Positions 37,431 to 49,283 of a stretch of 50,786 nt of DNA are shown here, one piece after another. The position numbers were made by a program, and so were the translations under genes. Below the pieces are notes generated by a model, which was not told where the DNA came from, searched no databases, and saw only the letters and a list, made by a program, of their open reading frames with translations. The DNA comes from Girardia tigrina (lineage: Eukaryota). Every line of letters starts with the position of its first letter. The stretch's first letter is position 1. The DNA is taken from NCBI GenBank assembly GCA_001938485.1, contig MQRK01243815.1, positions 27,616-78,401 of the forward strand. Reading direction: 5' to 3'.

Positions 37431-38783
37431 CGAGGAGTGTCCAAAAGTTCGCGGACTGATAAGTAACAACAAATTCAAAAAGTTTATTCCAGTTAACAAA
37501 ATTGATCTATCCTCATCAGAATCGCTATCGAACTTTTCAATATAATCCCCATTCAGTTTCACACACTTTTCCCATCTATGTGGCAACTTCCTAATACCAT
37601 TATCGAAGAAAATACGCGGTGTCTCCGCAATCCACGCACTGACTGCTGTTTTCATTTCATCCAAATTCTCGAAATGTTGTCCACGAAGGGGTTTCTTCAA
37701 TGCCGAGAAAAGGTGATAATCACTCGGCGCTAGGTCCGGTGAATATGGGGGTAAGGCAAAAGTGTCCAGCTCAATCGTTGCATGGTACTGACAGTCAACA
37801 TCGCTGTATTGGTACGTGCGTTGTCCTGTTGCAATAATGGGATGGATGAAAATATTCCTCGCCGCTTGTTCTTGAGAACTTTGTTCAGATCTTTGTCGAG
37901 CAGGTTCGTGTAGTATGCGCTGTTGATGGTGACCCCCTTTGACAGGTAATCAATGTGAATTATCCCATCACAGTCCGAAAAGACTGTAACCATTACCTTC
38001 CCGGCTGAAGGGACGGTCTTCGCCTTTAAAGGGGGTCTGTCATCTGGGCGGCACCATTGACGGGACTGCTCCTTCAGGAAGATAAAATGGGAGCCACGTT
38101 TCGTTCACTGTCACAATCCGAGACAAGAATGCCTCACCGAGATCATGAACCAGTTGCAGCATTTCTTGACAAGCAGACTTTCGATTAGCCTTATGGTCGT
38201 TGTTGAGGAGGCGCAGCACCCACCATGCAGTCAGTTTCCTCGTATGCAGCTCCTCTGACATGATACGGTGCACCTGACTTTTAGAAACGCCTGTTATAGC
38301 TGCTATCTCACGGATAGTGAGAAATCTGTCACCAAGAATGACTTCCTCGATAACTTTCACATTTTCTTGACATCCGGACGTTGTTGGTCGCCCACTGCGT
38401 TCATCATCCTCCAATGATTGACGCCCTTCCTGGAATCGTTGCACCCACTTAAAGACAGCCGTTCTTCCCATAGCGGCATCACCAAAGATGCGGTGTAAAC
38501 GATGCACAATATCTGCAGGGAGGGTGTCTTCCTTCCAGAGGAAATAAATGATTGCTAGGTGAGATTTCACTGCCTTTTCCATACTAACTACAAGAGAGAA
38601 AAATGACAAATTAATACATTCGTATGTCACACACATGCCGACGGGCAGCCAATGAGAGTTCACCTCAATTAAAATTAGTTGGTTCCCCCCTCATGTCATC
38701 GTACACACACCGCGCGTTACAGTCACGCATACACGTGACCACGCCATATTCTCTCAGTCCGTGAACTTTTGGGACACCCCTCG
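37431..38783 (-). mobile_element. Full-length mariner transposon with a frameshifted transposase
   Basis: TIR CGAGG(A/G)GTGTCC(A/C)AAAGTTC(G/A)CGGACTGA with TA TSD. Motifs DDERSGRP, WVLRLL, IVTVNETW, QDNAR, SPDLAPSDYHLF and RWEKCV. Confidence 0.95.
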
Positions 38784-38869
38784 TAAATTAATATTAAAAT
38801 ATAAAAGTAAAAAATATAAATTTATTGTAAAATAAGTAAAGGCAATAAAATGTGGTATAAAGTTACAAT

Positions 38870-40600
38870 ATTAATGTTTGGCAGCCGGAAGCACACTGGA
38901 AGCTTTGTATACCGAATAGGATCTCCCTTCGGTGCGCCAAAAACGGGAGGATGTATTTATTTATATTATGTAGATACTTAATAGATAAATATACATATAT
39001 CACATACTCAAAAAATAGCGTTAGTTCGCAAGCATCCATCTTGGCCATATGATCGCCCATTAACGTAATGATTTGAAGCCTTCCCGACGTTTCTTGTCGC
39101 TCCAGCTGTGCGTCCAGGGATGCCAGCGATCAATTTTTAAAATTTCCCGCCTTACGTTATTTTCCCGCATGACACAATGTTACTATTTACAAAATGTTGT
39201 ACTCCCCCAATGGAAATCAGATAATATTTCATCCTAAATACCCAATCAAATAGAAATGAAGATATATGTTTGCATAGGCACATTTGCATAGGTACTGAGA
39301 TTCATTTTCTCTAGAAGTCAAACATAATTGTTGCTATATATAACATAAATTAACAGAAGGGGCCATATACAGTCAGTATATCAGAAATTATTTATTTATG
39401 AAAAAGAAAAGCGTAAATTGCAAATCATAATTACTTTTAAAAATATTTTTAACTGATTAGTTTCTGAACGAATTTTTTTAAAAGTAAAAACATCGCGTGG
39501 GTTATCAGTACTATAAGTTATCATCAAAAGTATGGAAGTCTTTACTTTATCCATTCACATTAAAAAAACATGAAAAAACATTTACCATTTACCATTGAGG
39601 GATTTCCCGCACGGTCTGGCATCACTGGGTGCATCCTTGCGGTAATCCTCGTTAGTCCCACGACAGCCGGGATCAGTGGGTCGTTCACAACCATCGATTG
39701 ATACCCAGGGGATCTTTTGTCTGAACTAATCGATTTTCTGAAGTGTAATTCTAGAATAACCCCAATCCTCATTTGTGGTTCTAAAGAGGACTGTTCTCCT
39801 TTCTCTGCAGTTATAATAGTGAGCATATCCATATTCGCCGCTGTCAGTGGAACTAATAAATTCAATTGTGACATAATTTGAAAGACGAATATGTATAACC
39901 GAATCTTTAGATATAAACACTTGAGGAGAAGAATTAAAGGAATTTTCCACTCCACTTTCATCATTATTCGATTTTGCACTAACCCTGTCAGAAATTTGAC
40001 GACAATCAAAACTAGTAGCTCCAAGGAGAGCTTTTCCTCGTTATTTGTTTCGCCGAGAATTGCACTTCGCTGTTTGACCAGCAGGCTCAAAACACGCATC
40101 AGTAATCTCTACATCACTTGCTTGTTCACGTTAGACCTTCTTTACTAAAATAACCAGTGTAAATGTAGTCGCCGGTAATTGAATACAAGGATATTGAACC
40201 AAATTATTTGGAGAATCAGTCAAATCGACGTCGATAGTTCCATCGAACGGTAGAGAAGTTGTGATATAACTTCCAAATTTTAGTGTTTTATTGTCAGCCG
40301 CAGTGGCATGAACAGAATGTTCTAGTATGGATCAGATTGTAAGAATGAAATTGTAAGGCTCATCAATCTCGGTTGAGATATGAAGCGTTGAATATTCAAA
40401 TTCGGATTTCTTATCGTAATTATAATTGGTAATCATATTTCAAGATAATAACAACAAACTCCAACAAATAAATTTTTATTGATTATTAACTTTTGTAACT
40501 CTGACCTGCGTGTCCAGGCATTTATTTACAACAATTTTATTAAAGTAAAACACCCAAATTTTACAACATAAATAGATTTAAATACATTATTATTTGTCAT
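38870..40600 (-). pseudogene. Decayed coding sequence of an unidentified (possibly secreted, COLFI-like) protein
   Basis: One frame from 40436 to about 39585 (about 284 codons) has only four stops and an NNT codon bias. Further coding-like pieces lie at 38870-39230. Confidence 0.5.
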
Positions 40601-42153
40601 TTATTTTGAAACAAAAAGGAATATTTAAAAACGAAATCGAACAATTAATAATATTTAAAAAAATTTTAAATAAAATTTAACATATATCATACCACAAAGG
40701 AATTTTACGCTAACGAAATTTTACGAAGGAATATTACGAAAACGCTAAAAAATCAAAATTAAAGCAAAAATGTAAAATATTATTTATTTTTTGACAAATA
40801 TGTAATTAAATACATAGTCTATGACTACAATATCATAAAATGACTATTTGAACTTAAATGATTTTATCAAAAATACAGATTATTTAAACTGACGGTAGCA
40901 TAAAATGGGTTACAATAATGAAACTTGTAAATTAAATAATTTTAAAACAAATTAAATTTAAAGTAATCAAATTGGTAATTTAAATAGATTTAAAGTTGAT
41001 GGTAAATTAAATAGTTTTGAAAACGAATTAAATATATAATATATGGAATAGTTAAACAGAATTTAATAAATTTTTAAAAAGTTAATACAATAGGAAAAAA
41101 ATAAATATCATAATAAATAATATAAAATTAAACGAAGTTTAATAAAATATTGATTCAAAAGAAAATACAATATTAAAAAAAAAGAATACAAAATTAAATA
41201 GAAAATTAATATATAAAATACTCGAAAATAGATTATTTTTTATAATTTAATTTTTTTTTAAATTAAAAAAGCTTTATGAAATGTAATACAATACAATATT
41301 TTGAAAATAATTAATTTATATATATTTACAATTACATTGATATTATTGGGTTTTGAAAGAAAAATTAAAAATGGTTGCTCAGAAATTTACTTAGGCAAAA
41401 TTTGTTTAAATAATATATTTATAGTTATGAAATAAAAGTTTCAAAAAAATGTCTTTATCTGAATTTTCATCAGAATGTATTCCCGAACCTAAAATTTTTT
41501 GTATAATATTTTCAATATTCGTCTAACAAATTTTTACCAGTGATTTTTGAATTTTTAAATTATCAAATAGATAATCCGTTATACTGTTAGATTTAATTAG
41601 ATTTCATTTTATAATTGTTCTATTTTTATTGTTATTAGCTCAAACGGTAATTACTAAAACTTTTTTATGAGTAAATTATTATTTGTCGCTTTTTATATCA
41701 TTATTAATTCATTATTCCAGTATTAATTTTATATTGGTTGTTAATTGTTCTTAAAGAAATTAATTAAAGTCGATTTTGTCGTTTCTTTACTTTTCCTTCC
41801 GTCTCAAGCTCAGGCATTAATTAACTTTAAGTTTTTGGACAAATTATTTTGTACTTTCCAAAGCTGCATTAAATATTTTAATTATTATAAAAGTTTTTTT
41901 AGGGTTTCTTGGAAGTTTATATTTGAAAGGAGAGTCCTCTATTTTCTTTTACTAGACAGAAAAATTACGTTTTATGTAGTCATTGTTTTAAGATAATCAT
42001 TGATAAATTACACAAATGGTAGTTCTTGCAGGGTTGTATTTATATGTGTTATATTTTGTAGGGGTTTTCGTTCTACTGTCATTTCATATATTAGGTCGTT
42101 TCAAGTTTGTGGGGCGTTCAGCAAAGCCCGAATGGAAATTTATCTTCTTCATA

Positions 42154-42255
42154 TTAGGTGTACAACTAATTAATTTCGTATTTGTTATCACTTTTATACT
42201 TAAATAAATGGTTTTTTTAACAAAAAAATACGAAATTAATTAGTTGTACACCCAA
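42154..42255. mobile_element. MADE-like mariner MITE (about 100-bp hairpin)
   Basis: TIR TT(A/G)GGTGTACAACTAATTAATTTCGTATTT. Confidence 0.8.
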
Positions 42256-42989
42256 ATTATGCAATTAAGTGATTTTATAATGCTTATGTTTATCCACTTG
42301 GTCTAGAAGTTAAACGTATTGTTTGACCTTTTGGCACATAATCAGTAAGTCATGTTTCCAAAAAAACTGAAGTCTAAAATTTTCTTGCTGGTTTTATGGA
42401 TATTGCCTTCTTTTGTGACGGAGATCCCTATTTTTAAATTTAGTGAGATCGTTGGTTTTTATAGGGAGCCTAAGTTAAATCTATTTTAACATATTAGAGG
42501 ATATATTGGTTTCATTTGAATTAAAATGATCTAGATTCTCTTAATAAATTCTCATTTCCTGAGTGGTTTGGATCCATAGTTAATATGTGCGGGACTCGTC
42601 TTATCAAAAGCTTTTCCATCCCAAATTCAAAAATTTGGATATGAAATGTTTTTTTAATCTGAAATGTATGTATCAATAGCCATTTTTGATATCCTAAATC
42701 GGATGATCCTTCCAAATTATATCGTGAATTTTATCGACGATTTTTGGAGTTGTAATAGTACTCTACTACGTGGGTCACTTTCTAACCTCTGACGACCATG
42801 TTTATATTCAGTCATTAATTTATGCACTTTCGTAAATGATGAAGCAGATTACTCTAAAATTATCAAATACATTTTTATTAAGTTCTGTTATGTTGGGTTT
42901 TCAAAACTAATTTCAATAATTACTTTTTCAGCGCAAATCTTTAATCGGACTCCAATTAATATATAGATAAATGAACATTAATTCTTTTA

Positions 42990-43200
42990 ATAAAACCAAG
43001 AACTCTATTAAAATCAAATTTTATTGTCACGATATATTTCGGTGGATTTTCCACCATCTTCAGGCTGAATTAACAACAATTTTGCTGTCTTGTAGTATAG
43101 TAAATTGATGATTATGCAAACATCTTGCTTAAATTCATTACATAATTGAAAGCAATAATCATCACTTACATTTCTATGAGCAGCTTCAACTATTGTAAAT
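42990..43200 (-). mobile_element. Mini-Penelope (ORF N-terminal piece fused to the 3' UTR)
   Basis: 43131-43200 matches 4940-5005, and 42990-43130 matches the reverse complement of 5630-5765. Confidence 0.85.
43021..43079 (-). ncRNA. Minimal type I hammerhead ribozyme with an intact core
   Basis: Minus strand reads CTGAAGA-T-GGTGGA-AAA-TCCACC-GAAA-TATA-TC. Perfect 6-bp stem II, AUC cleavage triplet and distal stem I TTGTTGT/ACAATAA. Confidence 0.8.
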
Positions 43201-43659
43201 AATAATAACTCTTAATAACTCTTATTTTCAATAACACAGATTTAAACCACAGCTTCAAATTACTATTCCAATCTTCAATGATCAATTACCATTTGTGGTA
43301 TAAATCTAAATAACAATCAAACAAAATTAATAAACGCTGAGTACATAGTTATTCAATGTCAATACGTTTGTACGAGCGATACCGTTGAATAATAACAATT
43401 GTTTTAATCGTTTTCTCCTTTACAGGATCCTTGATTACTAAGAGGAATGAAAAATAATGAAAATCTTTTAAGGATTACTTCAAATTTCACTGGATTCTTA
43501 TTTTCGAAATTTTCTTTGGAATTAAGTTGTAAACCAAGTCAATATTTTATTTGCTTAAATAGCTATAATTATTTATTTATTCAATTGATTAGGTAAAACA
43601 AATTATAAAATATTTTGAAATATTAATATACGTTGAGTTAATATACATATTATACTGAA

Positions 43660-46655
43660 CAGTGGCGAACCCAGGATTTCTGTATGGGAAGGGCCCTATA
43701 AGTTTAGCTTTGCAAAATCGTCATTTTAAATATTTAAATACCAGCATTTCCGCGTAATTTCTGTTAGCATATCTGAAATTTGAACCACAAACGGAATAAC
43801 GATGGTATTCATGAAATCATCAAGTTATTTAATTACAAAACAACTAATGCTAGAAAACTTCACAAGCAGAAGTTCAGCTTTCTTTTGGATTAAGTCAATT
43901 CATCAACAATTTTATCCACACCATCTCGTGAAGAGCAATGGTTATGTCACGATTCATTGTCATGTGAGTCAATCCACTAAGTCTCGACGTCTTCATAGTA
44001 GAACGAAGGTATGTCTTCAGTCGACGCTGTGTTGAAAAGGAACGTTCGGAACTTATTGATGTGACAGGTAATGTTGCAAAGATATGCAGAAACACAAATA
44101 TATTTGGGAAAAATAAGCGATTGCAACTCTGAAGAGACTCAATTGCAGATGTTGGTCTTGGCGAGATTGGGAGTTTCGTCCACTTGCTTGTCCACCGGTT
44201 GAACTCAGCTTCCAATACTTCGAATGATGAATCGTGTAGATCATCCGCATAAAACTGTGCCGCTTCCATAATGTCTGGGAATGATGACATGGAAGAATAC
44301 TTTGGGATCAGACACTGCAGTTTTAAAGCGGTATTTCTTCTGTCTGCAAAATGTGACTTGAATTGCATTATCAGATAGTCAATATAGGGTAGAAAGATGT
44401 TGCGATTGTAATATTCCAAAGAATTTTCACTAGGCACATTCCCCCTGTGCACCTGCCTTGGGAGAATTCTCAGCAGCTTTATTTCTGATCCCGCAAGAAT
44501 AGCCATCGAACACGCATTAGCATGAATGACAGCAAAGGATCCATCCGCACGCATGGCTTCAAGTTGTTCTTTAACTTCTTCCACGTTTTCCACCGCAAAA
44601 TGCAGATCCAAATCAACTGACTGGAGGCTTCAGATAGAGGCAGTATTAAGGCCGAGGTCTTACTAAGTATGACAATAGATATCAAGAATTCAGAGGAGGA
44701 CAAACTTGTTAGTAGAGTTGATGCTTTAGATGAGGTCTTGGAATCATCATTTATGCTGAAGAAGTTCATAGCATGCAAAAGTGCAGGAAAGAGTTCGATA
44801 AAACGAAGGACTGCTACGTGGCTTTCAACCCAACGTGTAACGCAGAGAGTTTTCAACTTTCTTGCTAGTACGTTATCGTCTGTGTTCTCTTTTATTGACA
44901 GAGCAAGTTGATTTGACCGCTTTGGAGACTTTGAGAAAAAGTTACCCACTTGGTGATAACACTAATTGCATTGCGAATTTGATGCACTGTAGATGCATGA
45001 ATGAGACACAGATTAAGCTGATTAGAAAGGCAGTGAACATACAAAGCTTTTAGATAAGCATTTTTGACCTTTGCTTGGACGCCATTAAATTCACGCGACA
45101 TTGCCAAACACCCATCATAAGCTTGTCCTCGAAGAAGATTGCCATCCAAGTCCTTATCTTTCAAAATGTTGAGAATGTTCTCTGCACACGTGGAACTGAG
45201 TTCAGAAAAGCATAGAAATCTTTCCCGAATGTGCAAGTCATCCATATCAACATAACGAAGGCACATACTAAATTGTGATTGCGTTGCACAGTCCATCATT
45301 TCATCAGCAATCAAAGAGAAAAATCGTGATTTCTTCACTTCACTGGAAATTGTCTGACGGATAATGCTATCAATCGCCGCAATAATCTGATTTTGCAAAT
45401 TCCAACTGATGTATGTAGCATTTTGTGCACCTGTTGATATATGACGTTCAAGTGCTTTGTCTCCTGATCTGATTTTGAAACGCAGCAATGCTCTAAAAAC
45501 ACCATCATTTTTATCAGGTTCACTTAGTTTTAAAGCACCATGATCGCCATGTCCACGAAGGGGCAGTTCCGCAAGCCCGCAGAATAGAACAGACTCAACT
45601 GATGGTATAATTCGAGAACGATTCTCTAAGATCTGTGCACGCCGACCTCTATCAATTAAATTAAGAATTGCCTCGGATTCCTTGTTCTGTATCTTGCAGA
45701 AATTTTCACTAAACTCCATTGCGGTTTTGTGGTAGTTAGTATTTTCGTGACTCTGGCAAATTTCGATGGCCTTCTTAAACTTTACTAATGGCTGCTTCAC
45801 CAGAACACCAGGGGTTACGGAGGAATTGTATGACACGTTCGAACAGACAAAAAATACACAGCGCTTGTAGAACCCACCATTCACTTTCTTAAAGTAGAGC
45901 AGCCAAGGAAATCGGCAAATCCAAGAGAGTTGAAATACCCGTTGTTTACCGCCTTCGGCAACCGGGGGGAATTTGAAGTCTGCTGGTGGTATCCATGCAT
46001 CTTGTTTAAATTTCAACTTCTCTGTCTCACTGCAGTTAGTAGGATTCAGAGATGCATCACTGATGTCAAAGGGAAAAGAAACACAAGCTGCCACCCCGAT
46101 CGAAGTCGAAGAGATAGTTGTCATAGCGGAGTTTGTGTGGATACTTGCGGAATATATCTTCTTCTGTGGAGGTTCTTTGTTGGTGGGCATCGTGGCGTCA
46201 ACTTCAAATGGCCGTTTTACCAGAAAAGCAGAAAGTGAAGTTTGTTTCATCTAAAAGTACACTAGTAATATGTAAAAAAGTAAAATAGTATGTAAAATAT
46301 ATAAAAAAATTGTCGTCTTTCCTGAAATGGTCTTACCTTTTAGTTAAGAGATCAAACAGGTAAAACGACACACTGAGTATTAACAGGAATTAACAGCACA
46401 TACCATTATATAATGTTCAACTCAATATAAATACATCCCACTGCATTTCATTGATTGTGATTGTCCTATTTATAAAGTACAAGGCACAAAAAATTGGATG
46501 AGGCATAATGCTCTCTGAAAAGTCATACAAATGTCATAAATTCTGTGCACATTTTTGACTGAGTAGGGAGCCAATCATAAAAAGGTCAACTCCAAAAATT
46601 TCTTTGCATATTTCTTTGCCTGTGCCTCTTGTGCCCCCGCCTGTGTGCGCTACTG
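43660..46655 (-). mobile_element. Full-length hAT transposon (ZMYM1/Tip100/P52rIPK-like), frameshifted
   Basis: CAGTGGCG/CGCTACTG termini with exact 8-bp TSD ATACTGAA. TTF zinc-finger region, LPLRGH, FSLIADE, GQAYDG, VHCL..QLNL, TRW and LPVTS.SSERSFS. Confidence 0.95.
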
Positions 46656-46856
46656 ATACTGAACAAAAATTTCTAAAAATTATTTAAAACTTTATTATGA
46701 TTTTTTCTAAATAAAATTTTAATATATATGTTTTAGATCCCTAACAGTTATATTCTAATGATGTTTCACAAAATTTATGATACCAGAGCATATTTCAATT
46801 TTATCCATTTTTCAAAACTCAAAAAACTTGCTTTATTCACAGTAGTACCAAATTGA

Positions 46857-47311
46857 ACAACACTCCTCTATGGATGCGAGAGTTTGACAATAAATTAGAA
46901 GAGCATGGACAGACTTAAAGCGTTTGTAATGAACTGTTACAGGAAAATGCTGAAGATCACGTGGAAAGAAAAGAAGACCAACGACTTTTTCTGGGGAGAG
47001 TGACAGAAATACTTGGTAACAGACCAGAATCAATAGAAGAGACCATCAAGAGAAGGAAGCTGAAATTCTACGGTCATCAAATAAGAAAACCAGCACTAGC
47101 AAAGGTTATGATTGAAAGAAGAGTGGAAGGAGAAAGACCAAGAGGAAGACCAAAGAGACAATGAACATACAATTTAAAAGAATGAAGTGTATTGAACATG
47201 GAATGTCTGAGAAAAGAGGCTAAAAATAGAGAGATGTAGCAAAGGCTTGTGCATAAGTGGGTGCACTCATAGCCCTTATGTAATCATAGATAAGGTCAAA
47301 AAAGAAGAAGC
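46857..47311 (+). mobile_element. 5'-truncated RTE LINE
   Basis: Motifs YGCES, CYRKMLKITW, RRKLKFYGH and EG.RPRGRPK. (AAG)n tail and exact 10-bp TSD ACCAAATTGA (46847-46856, 47312-47321). Confidence 0.9.
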
Positions 47312-47915
47312 ACCAAATTGATACCTCGAGACAGAATAACATCAAATTGATGAACAAGACAATTGATATTAACTATTGTGTATATTTTTATTCAAAATTC
47401 ACTGCCATCTGTACTTCATTTTGGAAATTTTTCGAAGCACCCTCTTTAAGGACTAGTTATACTGAGTTTAAAAAATTATCTGACGCGATTTATATCATTT
47501 TATGGAATAAAAAAGTTTTAAGGCTATGGTTTTGTAATTTGAGATATCTTTCTCAAATCGGATATGATTTTGAAATTATGTTTCCAATATTTGGAATGGA
47601 AATCAAACCAAAGAACTTGAAGAATTAAATAAAATTATTTTTTATAATTAATATTTTTTTATTTTATCATTTTTTTAGAATTTTTGTAAAATTTTCAAAG
47701 AAGAATATTTCATTAATTTTTGTTGTCTCATCTTTCCCAAAAAAACTTTAAAACAGCATTTAATTATGATGTTTATATTATCGATATTTTTCATCAATTA
47801 TTATTGAGTCGTCATAGTTTTTTTAAAGATTTATTTTATTACTTTTTTTTCATTACAACCCATCGTTATTTCAAGATAGCTTTATTAACGAAATGATTGT
47901 ATTTAAATAAAATAA

Positions 47916-48468
47916 ATGGGTAACAAACATGACTTTTGCAGTTTTGGTAAATATAATGTACAAAAAAGTAAAAAACAAAAGAACAAAAAATCAAGACCGA
48001 TAGACGATGAGTTTTCATGTGATTTTGAGTCTTCTCGGCGAAAAAAACGAAAATCATCAAATCGATTTTCAAATGACAAATCGCCAAGTTCATCCTGTAA
48101 TGTTTCGTTACGATCAAGAGCGCCCAGTAAACTGTTGAATGACGCATTTGAATCTCCGTATGTCAGAAAACATTATTGTGATAGAAACGACAGTCCGAAA
48201 TTAACGACCCCGACCAAAAATCTAGATTTCCAAACATCCTCGAATTTATTTCCAGAGGTAGCGTGTAAAATTGATCGTAAAAAAACGTCTGCTTGCAATC
48301 CAGCCGAATTGACTTCCCGTGACAATACATCCATGAGGTCGTCCTTGGATCAGTTATCAGAGGAAACGTTTGAAAATGATCTCGATATGAATCTCGAATT
48401 ACCTTTTCGGTCAGCAGATTCCCCTAAAGATGAATTGGAAATTCCCGAAGACAGAGATTGGAGTGAAG
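47916..48468 (+). CDS. Probable first coding exon of an unidentified host gene (basic, Ser/Asp-rich, disordered N-terminus)
   Basis: ATG-initiated 184-codon open frame in very AT-rich surroundings, ending at a G|GTAATT donor. NLS-like RRKKRK; no transposon motifs. Confidence 0.6.
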
Positions 48469-48886
48469 GTAATTAATCAATTGAAAATTTCAAAATAAAA
48501 ACAAATTTCGACACTTATTTTAAAGATAATTATTTTAACTATTTCTGTTCTCATTTGGTTATACACCCATTCTTGTTTAGATATGCCATATCGGATTTTG
48601 ATTAGATGTCTTTATGAAATTTAATGTGTTAAAATGCATTAGAATAACTAGCATTTAACTGCATAGAATCCACGATTAAGAATGAAAATCCATAATAATA
48701 TGGATAATCTCAAAATAAATAGTATATTACTTACCGTCAATTTTATCTAAGGTCATTTTATTTTGACATTTTTGTTCAAACCTTTTCTTTAACCTTTCCT
48801 TATACCGCAAATTTCTATCGCACTTGCAGAGGTGGCCCTAGCATGGTACGGGGCTTTGTGCATGCGGCAGAGGGTGCGTAGCTTAA

Positions 48887-49128
48887 CCCATTAACGTCGA
48901 ACGGGAACATTCGTGCCCAGCTAATAAAAATGGCTGTAAAGTAAAGACATTGCATTTAGCTATGTTTCGTTGATAAGGTGTGTACACTGAAGGTTCAGAA
49001 CACATACGGAACATGTTTTGTTTCTCTGTCATCAGGCATGCATGCGCAGTAGCCGGCTGACCTTGACCAAGAAAGGAGTGTATGTAACATGGAAAAATTC
49101 ATATTACATAATTCTCGGCATTAATGGG
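48887..49128. mobile_element. piggyBac-type MITE
   Basis: TTAA-CCCATTAACGTCGA and TCGGCATTAATGGG-TTAA ends. Confidence 0.8.
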
Positions 49129-49283
49129 TTAACCCACGAGGAAAGCAATAATTAACATAATAGTTAATTAATTAGAGTTTTTTCGGTCTGCATTTTTACT
49201 TCTGTAAAATTTTTGATGACAGAGTAACAATGTCATTGTGGTTAGTGGCAAGTAAGTAGGGGAAAAATGTATGTTCGACACCA

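Larger units (their letters stand above)
42891..46746 (-). mobile_element. Gypsy-type solo LTR interrupted by Penelope and hAT insertions
   Basis: TGTT...CCCAACA termini on the minus strand and exact TSD GTTA (42887-42890, 46747-46750). Shares ATCCTGTAAAGGAGAAA, ATCGCTCG and TTGGAGTC with the LTR at 22500. Confidence 0.8.
42270..47445 (-). mobile_element. Old mariner split by nested insertions
   Basis: TIR-like GAGGGTGCTTCGAAAAATTTCC near 47445. ATG at 46808 (MDKIEI..II.FV) continues at 42886 across the LTR; RVPHILT and TDYVPKGQTI lie further downstream. Confidence 0.75.

Noticed and set aside
39560-40099. 179-aa hydrophobic ORF from the track
   Set aside because: Its L/I/V/M richness is what a shifted frame of an NNT-biased coding sequence produces. 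The adjacent stop-interrupted frame is more plausible.
39585-40436. Alternative genetic code or stop-codon readthrough
   Set aside because: All three stop types occur, each reachable by a single transition. The host INPP5E exons use the standard code, so pseudogenisation is the simpler explanation.
41720-42100. Possible LINE ORF1 remnant on the minus strand
   Set aside because: Only a vague similarity with many stops; it cannot be assigned.
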